Shown: in pieces, positions 35,571 to 43,269 of the stretch
How the letters are laid out: every line of letters starts with the position of its first letter
How positions within the stretch are numbered: the first letter of the stretch is position 1
Assembly (NCBI GenBank): GCA_018063165.1
Contig: JAGOQU010000004.1
Span: forward strand, 23,039 to 76,216
Direction of reading: 5' to 3'
DNA from: Minisyncoccota bacterium
GTDB lineage: Bacteria; Patescibacteriota; Minisyncoccia; Phycocordibacterales; UBA5272
DNA: 53,178 nucleotides
Notes under the pieces: generated by a model
Databases searched by the model: none
Told to the model about the DNA's origin: nothing
Seen by the model: the letters and a program-made list of their open reading frames with translations, nothing else
Program-made: the position numbers and the translations under genes

Positions 35571-35804
35571 TAAGTAAACAGGTAAACTTTAAGGGTTTTT
35601 ATTGTGTGGAGATCTAATTGTGATCTTTATGGTCCACGATGGAAAGAACAATGTTGTGGTAGAAGGTTGTGCGCAAAACTTGATATCCCGATTAACGCAC
35701 GGGTGAGCGTTTTTGGTCACGTCCTCTACCCTGTCCTTAATAGTACTCCTACTGTCTCTTATGCGCAAGTGTCCTTATGTGTATATCTGTGGATAAGTCT
35801 TTTA
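35571..35804. repeat. 234-bp noncoding repeat, copy 1
   Basis: Base-for-base identical to 36100-36333. It is GC-richer than the surrounding spacers and has several helices (GGTAGAAGG..CCTCTACC, GTGCG..CGCAC, GTGGAGATC..GATC..TCCAC). Confidence 0.9.
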
Positions 35805-35956
35805 GATAAGGATATCTCTATAAGACTACTTCTTCCCATGACAAGAACTTTAGACCACACCCTGTGAACAACAAAGACATCTACAGAACACTGTGTCTTA
35901 TATTTTATGTCTAAAAAAATTATCACTATATTAAATAAACTATATTATAAAAAAAT

Positions 35957-36013
35957 AAAACCCCTTGCATGGTACACGCGAACTGTATTCGTGTACACAA
36001 TGCAAGGGGTTTT
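35957..36013 (-). terminator. composite hairpin at the end of repeat module 2
   Basis: AAAACCCCTTGCA...[GTACACG..CGTGTAC]...TGCAAGGGGTTTT. The minus strand continues ATTTTTTTAT. Confidence 0.45.
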
Positions 36014-36050
36014 GGTAAACATAGATGTTTACGAAACGAGATAATAATAT

Positions 36051-36075
36051 CTACATGGGAATCACTTCCTAAAAG
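36051..36075. repeat. 25-nt conserved box, copy 2
   Basis: Identical to 35481-35505. Confidence 0.85.
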
Positions 36076-36099
36076 ATAATTATTCTAAAAAAAGAAACG

Positions 36100-36333
36100 T
36101 AAGTAAACAGGTAAACTTTAAGGGTTTTTATTGTGTGGAGATCTAATTGTGATCTTTATGGTCCACGATGGAAAGAACAATGTTGTGGTAGAAGGTTGTG
36201 CGCAAAACTTGATATCCCGATTAACGCACGGGTGAGCGTTTTTGGTCACGTCCTCTACCCTGTCCTTAATAGTACTCCTACTGTCTCTTATGCGCAAGTG
36301 TCCTTATGTGTATATCTGTGGATAAGTCTTTTA
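36100..36333. repeat. 234-bp noncoding repeat, copy 2
   Basis: Identical to 35571-35804. It ends 90 nt upstream of the rsmE start. Copy 2 is flanked by TAAG on both sides. Confidence 0.9.
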
Positions 36334-36423
36334 TAAGAAAATACCTCTTTCAAAACATCTTACAAAGATTGTCTCTTCTTTATGATTGCAATGTCTTTTG
36401 GCTTAACGTAAGCTAGATACTAT

Positions 36424-37116
36424 ATGCGATTACATCGCTTTTATGTATCACAACCCCTTGGTGAAGAAGTTGTAATAGAAAACGTTTCAATACTGAAACA
36501 ATGGTTAAAGGTTTTTAGATATACAAAAAATGATTCTGTTATTCTCTTTAATGGAGATGGTTTTGATGTCACATACACCATTGAAGAAATAACCTTACAA
36601 AAAGGTATACTTGTACAAAACAGTAAGTTGGCTTCATACATACCAACTAAAAAAATAAAACTATATCTTTCTCTTATTAAAAAAGATAACTTTGAGTTTG
36701 TCGTTCAGAAAGCAACAGAACTTGAAGTGAGTGAAATCATACCCGTACTTTCAGAAAGATCAGAAAAGAAAAATCTTAATAAGGAAAGACTTATAAAAAT
36801 TGCAACAGAAGCATCCGAACAGTGTGGGAGGGGGGATGTGCCTACTATTTCTGACATCCTAACACTTAAAAAAGCACTTGAAACTATGCACAAAAATGAA
36901 GATACTTTTGTTCTACAGATGAATGGTATTAATATTTCTGAAACACGTACTAAAAACACATCCAATACAATATCGCTCTTTATTGGGCCAGAAGGTGGAT
37001 GGAGCGTTGTAGAGGAGGAATTATTTAAGAATATGAACATTGTATCAATTTCATTGGGAAACACTGTTCTACGAGCAGAAACAGCCTCCATAGCGGCACT
37101 TGCATTATTTAAGTAA
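36424..37116 (+). CDS. rsmE: 16S rRNA (uracil1498-N3)-methyltransferase RsmE
   Basis: MRLHRFYV..., LFIGPEGGWS..E and SLG..VLRAETA..AAL are RsmE signatures. Confidence 0.9.
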   Translation: MRLHRFYVSQPLGEEVVIENVSILKQWLKVFRYTKNDSVILFNGDGFDVTYTIEEITLQKGILVQNSKLASYIPTKKIKLYLSLIKKDNFEFVVQKATELEVSEIIPVLSERSEKKNLNKERLIKIATEASEQCGRGDVPTISDILTLKKALETMHKNEDTFVLQMNGINISETRTKNTSNTISLFIGPEGGWSVVEEELFKNMNIVSISLGNTVLRAETASIAALALFK

Positions 37117-37181
37117 GTTACACGTTTTAGTTGTGTTACACTTTATGTACCCGAAAGGGTATTTAATTTTCTTTTATTTCT

Positions 37182-37604
37182 ATGAAATCTTATTATCCAC
37201 TTGTTTCTCGTTCGCTTATAGCATTACTTTTTGTATTTGCGGGTATTCAAAAAATAACCGAATTCACAGGAACCACTACTTATGTTGACGCTCTTGGTGT
37301 TCCTTTTCCGGTATTAGCTACTATACTCGTTATTATTATAGAAGTTCCTATTGCTCTTATGTTTGTATTCTGTCCTAAGAGAGTGTGTGCATCTGGTCTT
37401 GCGTTGATTGCATTTACTATACTTGCAACAGCACTAGCACACAACCCTTTCACAGCAACAGACGAAGCATTCAAAATGACGCTCACTATGGCTCTTAAAA
37501 ATATCGCTATCATTGGTGGTATTCTTGCTGCTATTATGCAGTGTGAATGTGACAAATGTCTAACAACTAAAAAAGAAGGTGCTCATACATCTCATAAAAA
37601 ATAA
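37182..37604 (+). CDS. DoxX family membrane protein
   Basis: 140 aa. SLIALLFVFAGIQKI and four TM helices are typical of DoxX. Confidence 0.75.
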   Translation: MKSYYPLVSRSLIALLFVFAGIQKITEFTGTTTYVDALGVPFPVLATILVIIIEVPIALMFVFCPKRVCASGLALIAFTILATALAHNPFTATDEAFKMTLTMALKNIAIIGGILAAIMQCECDKCLTTKKEGAHTSHKK

Positions 37605-37622
37605 CGAGTAGAGTTTTTATTA

Positions 37623-37663
37623 ACAGCATAAAAGCGCGGCCGAAGGCCGCGCTTTTATGCTGT
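37623..37663. terminator. bidirectional GC-rich hairpin (19-bp stem, GAA loop)
   Basis: ACAGCATAAAAGCGCGGCC-gaa-GGCCGCGCTTTTATGCTGT lies between the convergent DoxX gene and tig. Confidence 0.7.
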
Positions 37664-37682
37664 ACAAAAACTTTTTATAGAA

Positions 37683-38753
37683 TTACTTACTTTCTTCTAA
37701 AAACTTCAACACTTTCTCATTAGTAAGTGCCTGATAGAGATACGCCTTTGCACGATGTTCATCTGCATCTTGTACCGTTGCCAGAATACGAACAAGCTCT
37801 ACTTCTATTTCTTCTTCGGTTGCAGTTAATTTTTCAATTTGTGCAATCTTATGAAGGAGAATTTGGCTTAATGCACGCTTTTCTGCATCCTTTCTCCAAT
37901 CTGCTTTAAGTTCTTCTTCTGTTTTCTTAGAGTGAGCCAAATATTCCTCCCACGTCCCACCAAAACGAGCTATATCTTGTTTCATTTGTGCAAGCATTGT
38001 AGCTAGTTCACCCTCAACAACAACCTCAGGAATATCTGATTTTGTTTCCTCAACCAACTTTTCCATAATTCTACTACGACGCTTTTCTTTAAGTTTTTGC
38101 TCTTTTTCGATTTTTAAATTTTCTCCAACTTTTGCTTTAAGATCATCAAGACTCTTAAAAGTATCACCAAAACTCTTTGCAAAATCATCATCTAATTCAG
38201 GTAATAGGACTTCAACTTTATTAGTCTGCTGACTCGTCTTTGCTTCTCCTTCATGATTACAATTCTCATCATGAACATGTTCGTTTTGTGTCGCACGACC
38301 TTTTCTAAGCTCTTCTAGAACGTCTACGATATCTTTATCAGTAACATCTACTTTTTCGTCATCCTTAACTGCATTTTTTGCTATTTTTTTATACTCAGGA
38401 AGTGTAACCTCCGGCATAACCGGCACAACAATAGTGAGTTCGAGTGGGTTAGCTTTTGCAATCTTTGTGATTGTTACTTGTGGGTCAGATATAGGGGACA
38501 CCTTATGTTCTTCAACAGCTTTCACATATGCGTCACGTAGAGCAAGGTTGGCCATCTCCTCTAAAATAATCATATCGCCATATTTCTTAACAATTAGATT
38601 TTCTGGTGCATTACCTTTTCTAAAGCCATCAATCTCAACCACTTGTTGTACAGCAGATAAACCTTTTGCGTGATATGCTTCAAATTCTTCAGACTCAATA
38701 ACGATTTTAAACTCAACTTCTGACTTTGGTAAATTCTTTTTTTCAATTTTCAT
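37683..38753 (-). CDS. tig: trigger factor (short form lacking the FKBP/PPIase domain)
   Basis: N-terminal ribosome-binding domain with GFRKGNAP, and C-terminal arm domain. About 25 His/Cys/acidic residues (QNEHVHDENCNHEGEAK) replace the PPIase domain. Confidence 0.88.
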   Translation of the reverse strand: MKIEKKNLPKSEVEFKIVIESEEFEAYHAKGLSAVQQVVEIDGFRKGNAPENLIVKKYGDMIILEEMANLALRDAYVKAVEEHKVSPISDPQVTITKIAKANPLELTIVVPVMPEVTLPEYKKIAKNAVKDDEKVDVTDKDIVDVLEELRKGRATQNEHVHDENCNHEGEAKTSQQTNKVEVLLPELDDDFAKSFGDTFKSLDDLKAKVGENLKIEKEQKLKEKRRSRIMEKLVEETKSDIPEVVVEGELATMLAQMKQDIARFGGTWEEYLAHSKKTEEELKADWRKDAEKRALSQILLHKIAQIEKLTATEEEIEVELVRILATVQDADEHRAKAYLYQALTNEKVLKFLEESK

Positions 38754-38805
38754 ATAAACAATAACTAATTAAATAATAATCAAGAACTATATATGTAACC
38801 GCTTT

Positions 38806-39351
38806 TTATTTAGTTATATATTTTGGTAAGTCTTTATAAAGAGCAATAGCTTCTTTAATAACATTTTTTGCATCTTCTGCTCCACGTACACCATCTATAG
38901 TAACAACCTTCTTCTGTATTGTTTTATAGGTTTCAAAAAAATGAATAATTTCTTCAATGGTATGTTGATTTACATCAGAAAGATCCTTAATATTCTTAAA
39001 ACGTGGATCTTCAGTTGGAACAGCAATGATTTTTGCATCACTATCACCACCATCAACCATATCTATTACAGCAACAGGGCGAGCATTAAGCAAAACACCT
39101 GAAATAAGCGGATATGTTGTAAGCATAACAACATCAAGAGGGTCACCATCATGCCAGTGTGTTTGAGGAACAAAACCATAATCAAATGGGTAATCTTGTC
39201 CTGTATGCATAACACGGTCGAGTTTTATAAGACCAGTAGCCTTATCTAATTCATACTTATTTTTTGAACCTTTTGCAATTTCTATAATAACAGTGATTTC
39301 ATTTGGAATATTATCACCTGGCGCAATATCATGAAGTAAACTTAAAGACAT
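38806..39351 (-). CDS. ppa: inorganic pyrophosphatase (family I)
   Basis: VIIEI.KGS.NKYE.D, DGDPLDV and D.GD.D.KIIAV motifs. Confidence 0.93.
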   Translation of the reverse strand: MSLSLLHDIAPGDNIPNEITVIIEIAKGSKNKYELDKATGLIKLDRVMHTGQDYPFDYGFVPQTHWHDGDPLDVVMLTTYPLISGVLLNARPVAVIDMVDGGDSDAKIIAVPTEDPRFKNIKDLSDVNQHTIEEIIHFFETYKTIQKKVVTIDGVRGAEDAKNVIKEAIALYKDLPKYITK

Positions 39352-39402
39352 AAAGTATATTTTAAAGATTTATATTTAATAAATTGTAAACAATAAAGAA
39401 TA

Positions 39403-40740
39403 TTATTTCTTTTCTTCTTCTGGGGTATTAGTAGGGAATTCCTCTGTTTCAGAAGTAGACTCTTCTTCAACAGCGTTTTCTATTTCTGTATTTTTTGGAG
39501 CAGTATCTTCAGTAACATTTAATGTAGTAAGAACATCTTCAACCTGTTCATCAATACTTTCGTCAGTAATACCACTCTCTACAGTAAACACACCTTCTTC
39601 ATCTGCTTCAGCTATCATTTCACCACCTGAAACTATGTCTATTTTCCATCCAGTAAGCTTTGCTGCTAGACGAACATTTTGTCCACCTTTACCAATAGCA
39701 AGAGATTGTTCTTCTGGAGAAACAGTTACTATAGCTTTCTTCTCATTTTCATGTAATTCAATTGAAACAGCTTTTGCAGGGGAGAGTGCTGTTGCTATAA
39801 AACGACGAGAATCAGCAGACCACTCAATCACATCTATCTTTTCACCTGAAAGTTCATCTGTAATAGCAGAAACTCTCACACCTCGCTGACCAACACATGC
39901 TCCAATTGGATCAACTCTTTCATCATTTGTCTTTACAGCAATTTTTGAACGACTTCCTGGTTCACGGGCAACAGCAACAATATCAACAATACCTTGCATT
40001 ATTTCTGCACTTTCATTTTTAAAGAGTTCAATCAAGAATTTCGGATGTGTTCGTGATAAACGTATAGAAAGACCACGAAAACCTTCTTCTATAGAAAAAA
40101 GGTATGCACGTACACGTTCTCCAGGACGAAGACGTTCTCCGGGAACTTGTTCTTCAAAAGGTAGAATTGCTGTGGTACGACCAAGATCGATAAATACTGT
40201 TCCACGCTCAATACGCTGAACAATACCAGAAACTATAGTGTTTTCCTTGTCTGTAAATTCACCCACAATAGATTCACGTTCTGCTTCACGAATTTTTTGA
40301 ACAATAACCTGCTTTGCTGTTTGAGCAGCGATACGTCCAAAATCATCTTGATTCTCAAGAGGAAAAACAATCTCTTCTTCAAGTTCTGCATTTTTCTTTA
40401 AAAGTTTTGCAGAAGAAAGAAGAATATGACGCTCTTCGTTATAACGAGGAAGCAATCCTTCTGTTGACTCTTCTTGCATAACAGGCTCAAAAACTTCTTC
40501 TTCTCCTTCAATAGGCATACGTACTGTAGTTTCATCAACTACAATCTTTACCTGCTCAAATGATGTTTCTCCTGTATCAAAATTAATATTACAGCGCACA
40601 ATCTGACCACGCTTTCCGTACTCTTTTTGATATGCCGCAGCAAGTGATTTTTCTACAGCGTCAACAACTTTTTCATGACTTATTTTCTTTTCTTGCTCTA
40701 ATTGTTCAAGTGCAATCTTGAGCGCTTTTATATCTAACAT
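39403..40740 (-). CDS. nusA: transcription termination/antitermination factor NusA
   Basis: N-terminal domain, S1 (VSGIVQRIERGTVFIDLG), two KH domains (ACVGQRGVRV, AIGKGGQNVRLA) and an acidic C-terminal tail. Confidence 0.93.
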   Translation of the reverse strand: MLDIKALKIALEQLEQEKKISHEKVVDAVEKSLAAAYQKEYGKRGQIVRCNINFDTGETSFEQVKIVVDETTVRMPIEGEEEVFEPVMQEESTEGLLPRYNEERHILLSSAKLLKKNAELEEEIVFPLENQDDFGRIAAQTAKQVIVQKIREAERESIVGEFTDKENTIVSGIVQRIERGTVFIDLGRTTAILPFEEQVPGERLRPGERVRAYLFSIEEGFRGLSIRLSRTHPKFLIELFKNESAEIMQGIVDIVAVAREPGSRSKIAVKTNDERVDPIGACVGQRGVRVSAITDELSGEKIDVIEWSADSRRFIATALSPAKAVSIELHENEKKAIVTVSPEEQSLAIGKGGQNVRLAAKLTGWKIDIVSGGEMIAEADEEGVFTVESGITDESIDEQVEDVLTTLNVTEDTAPKNTEIENAVEEESTSETEEFPTNTPEEEKK

Positions 40741-40938
40741 ACTTATAATTATAATATTTTTTAATAAAAATGGCCGGCTCTGAACTTAACAGGCCGACTC
40801 ACAACACACATCCGTATACATATATCATTCTATACTACATACAAAATTTTGCAAGAGTTTAAAAAATAACATCTTTAGCTTTTTAAAAGCACCCATGATA
40901 CACTCTCACATAATTGAACTTTAAAAAGAGGTGTTATT

Positions 40939-41187
40939 ATGGTTAATTTTGTTCTGATAGGTTTTCCTGCTCAGGAGTTAAAAAGATCTCTTTCTACACA
41001 TTGCCCTATACTTGTAAGACTTCATTATTTAGAAGGATACAGAGAAAATGAAGAAATTTGTAGATGTGATCTTAAACTACACAAAGCAGAAATACATCCG
41101 AGCAGATGTAGAAGTGATAAAGAGTGTCCTGTTAGGGTATATTTTAGAAACGGTCAAAATCTAGAAGAACCAACAGTTCATTATTAA
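40939..41187 (+). CDS. hypothetical small Cys-containing protein
   Basis: 82-aa ORF with AGAGG upstream and a terminator 8 nt after the stop. No family recognised. Confidence 0.45.
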   Translation: MVNFVLIGFPAQELKRSLSTHCPILVRLHYLEGYRENEEICRCDLKLHKAEIHPSRCRSDKECPVRVYFRNGQNLEEPTVHY

Positions 41188-41194
41188 AAAAACA

Positions 41195-41223
41195 AAACAA
41201 GGCTTCTTAGCAAAGCCTTGTTT
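41195..41223. terminator. bidirectional terminator
   Basis: AAACAAGGCTT-cttagca-AAGCCTTGTTT, with A and T runs on both sides. Confidence 0.7.
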
Positions 41224-41254
41224 ATTTTTTCAAACTCTCTGTGAAATGTTTGTG

Positions 41255-41929
41255 TTATTTCACTATCATACCATCCGAAAGTTTTACTATTCTGTCTGCC
41301 ATTTTTCCATACTCCTCTTCATGAGTAACCATAACAATAGTAAGACCGTCTTCTTTATTTAATTTCTTAAAAATATCCATTACGAGACGAGATGAAAATG
41401 AATCAAGGTTTGCTGTTGGTTCATCAGCAAATAATATTTTTGGCTTATGTGTTATAGCTCTAGCAATAGACACACGTTGCTGTTCTCCTCCTGAAAGTTC
41501 TGAAGGTAAATTACCTGATCTGTTGGCTAGATTTACACTCTCTAACGCATCCAATGCTCGCTTTTTTGCTACATGCATAGTAATACCTTGCATAAGAAGA
41601 GGGACCATAATATTTTCAAGAGCGGTAAGTTCTGGTAAAAGTGAATAATCCTGAAACACATAACCAAGTTCCATTAATCTGTAATGAGTCTTCTCACTAC
41701 TTGTCATATGATCTGTTAAATGACCATTTAGCTTAATAGATCCTGAAGTAGGTTTATCAAGAAGAGAAACCTGATACAAAAAAGTAGACTTTCCTGCTCC
41801 ACTTCTTCCCATAATGGCAACAAATTCTCCTTCTGTAACTTCAAAATCAAGACCTTTTAATACTTGCGTAATAGTGAGACCATCTGTAAAACTTTTTGTA
41901 AGACCTTTAACATCAATAATTGTTTTCAT
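41255..41929 (-). CDS. ABC transporter ATP-binding protein (MacB/LolD-type)
   Basis: Walker A GRSGAGKST, signature LSGGEQQR and Walker B ILFADEPT. Confidence 0.92.
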   Translation of the reverse strand: MKTIIDVKGLTKSFTDGLTITQVLKGLDFEVTEGEFVAIMGRSGAGKSTFLYQVSLLDKPTSGSIKLNGHLTDHMTSSEKTHYRLMELGYVFQDYSLLPELTALENIMVPLLMQGITMHVAKKRALDALESVNLANRSGNLPSELSGGEQQRVSIARAITHKPKILFADEPTANLDSFSSRLVMDIFKKLNKEDGLTIVMVTHEEEYGKMADRIVKLSDGMIVK

Positions 41930-41945
41930 ACTGGTATTTTTATAA

Positions 41946-43268
41946 TTAACTATTTCTTCCTAAGATTGCATTAAGTGTGTTTTTCTTAACAATGAGACGA
42001 GCAGGTAAATAACCAGCAAATATAGAAACTATCATCACAAGAATGAATTTAAAAGCAACATCTGCAGGTTCTGCAACAAGAACAATAGTAGCAAAGGGGG
42101 TGTCAATTGGATGAGCATCAATAAGTGGCTTAAGTCCTGCAAAAATAATTAAAAGAGCAAGACTGGATCCCAAAAGAACATAAAACATAGCCTGACAAAT
42201 ATAACTAAATTCTACAGCAAATTCAGTAACACCAATACCTTTCATAATACCAATCTGTCTTCTTCTGGTTAGTGCATTAATATAAATAATAATAAATATT
42301 GTAATTAAAGCCACAACCACTGAAACAGAACCAAGTATTGTGCCTATAATACTAAAAAAAAGTTTAATACTAACCAAAAAATCTGGAGAACCTTCTTCTG
42401 CTGTGTTAATTAACGCATATTCTGAAAAACCATTTTCTATAAGTGGTGTTTTGACAGTATATGGATCTACACCTTCTTTCATGACTATAGATATTTCTGA
42501 TACATCACCATCTGATTTACTAAGCATTTTTTTAAGTTCTGAATCTAAAATATAGGCACGAGAAGACACAAATTGAACTTTTGAATCAATAATACCTCGA
42601 ACAATAAAATCTTGAGTTACAGAATTACTAGTAGATTCTTCTTGTGTACCAGAAAACTCTTGTTCAGGGTTAAAGTTTGCACCACCTGAACTTACTGTTA
42701 CTCTCACTATTGAGCCTGGTCCAACATCTTCAAGAAGAGAAACCAAATCAGCAACACGACTATACTTCTTTAAAAATGCAGAACCAAGAACAATACCTCT
42801 AGCGTCGCCTGGTTTAAGCCATTCACCTTCAGCTATTGCTTTTGATAGATGAGTGGTTGCTTCTTCTGTTTCAGGATCAACTCCTGCGATTTGATTAGAA
42901 ACAGTATTAGCATCAGACTCTTTTCTTTTTTCCCACCAATTTGCTTCCACCTTAACACCTGCAGTGATTCGTTTTGTGTAACTTTGTATTTGTGGAAAAG
43001 AAGTTAACATACTTTCTATTTCATTAGTACGTTCAATGTATTGATTTTCACTACGATTCACAATCATTAAATCACCAGTCCATTGTTCTTTATATCCACG
43101 AGAAGCACCTTCTACGATACCGACAAGAAAACCACTTGTGGCGACAAGGTTAAAAAAAGTAAGCATCATAATAAACACAATAAGACCTGTTGTCCATTTA
43201 CTGGTACGAGTCACTTGTCTTATAGCAAGAAAAAAACCAAGACGCAGCGTGTTAGCAAATTGTTTCAT
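41946..43268 (-). CDS. ABC transporter permease, FtsX/MacB-like
   Basis: N-terminal TM, a large extracytoplasmic domain, and a C-terminal FtsX-type 3-TM bundle (RRRQIGIMKGIG). Confidence 0.87.
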   Translation of the reverse strand: MKQFANTLRLGFFLAIRQVTRTSKWTTGLIVFIMMLTFFNLVATSGFLVGIVEGASRGYKEQWTGDLMIVNRSENQYIERTNEIESMLTSFPQIQSYTKRITAGVKVEANWWEKRKESDANTVSNQIAGVDPETEEATTHLSKAIAEGEWLKPGDARGIVLGSAFLKKYSRVADLVSLLEDVGPGSIVRVTVSSGGANFNPEQEFSGTQEESTSNSVTQDFIVRGIIDSKVQFVSSRAYILDSELKKMLSKSDGDVSEISIVMKEGVDPYTVKTPLIENGFSEYALINTAEEGSPDFLVSIKLFFSIIGTILGSVSVVVALITIFIIIYINALTRRRQIGIMKGIGVTEFAVEFSYICQAMFYVLLGSSLALLIIFAGLKPLIDAHPIDTPFATIVLVAEPADVAFKFILVMIVSIFAGYLPARLIVKKNTLNAILGRNS

Positions 43269-43269
43269 A

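Noticed and set aside
35411-36333. CRISPR array.
   Set aside because: There are only two long (234 bp) repeats with a 295-bp spacer. No short regularly spaced repeats and no cas genes are present.
35571-36333. Chromosomal oriC, based on perfect DnaA-box 9-mers.
   Set aside because: There is only one perfect box per repeat copy and no dnaA/dnaN nearby. Gene orientation does not switch cleanly here, since tig, ppa and nusA to the right are on the minus strand. It is left as a hypothesis to test with GC skew on the whole contig.
35604-36336. Identical GTG-initiated Cys/Trp-rich ORFs inside the two 234-bp repeats (35604..35867 and 36133..36336). I considered tandem bacteriocin or RiPP precursor genes.
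   Set aside because: The composition is implausible, the RBS is weak, and the C-termini differ only because the flanks differ. No maturation or export genes are adjacent. The region has the helix-rich, GC-elevated look of RNA or DNA structure rather than coding sequence.
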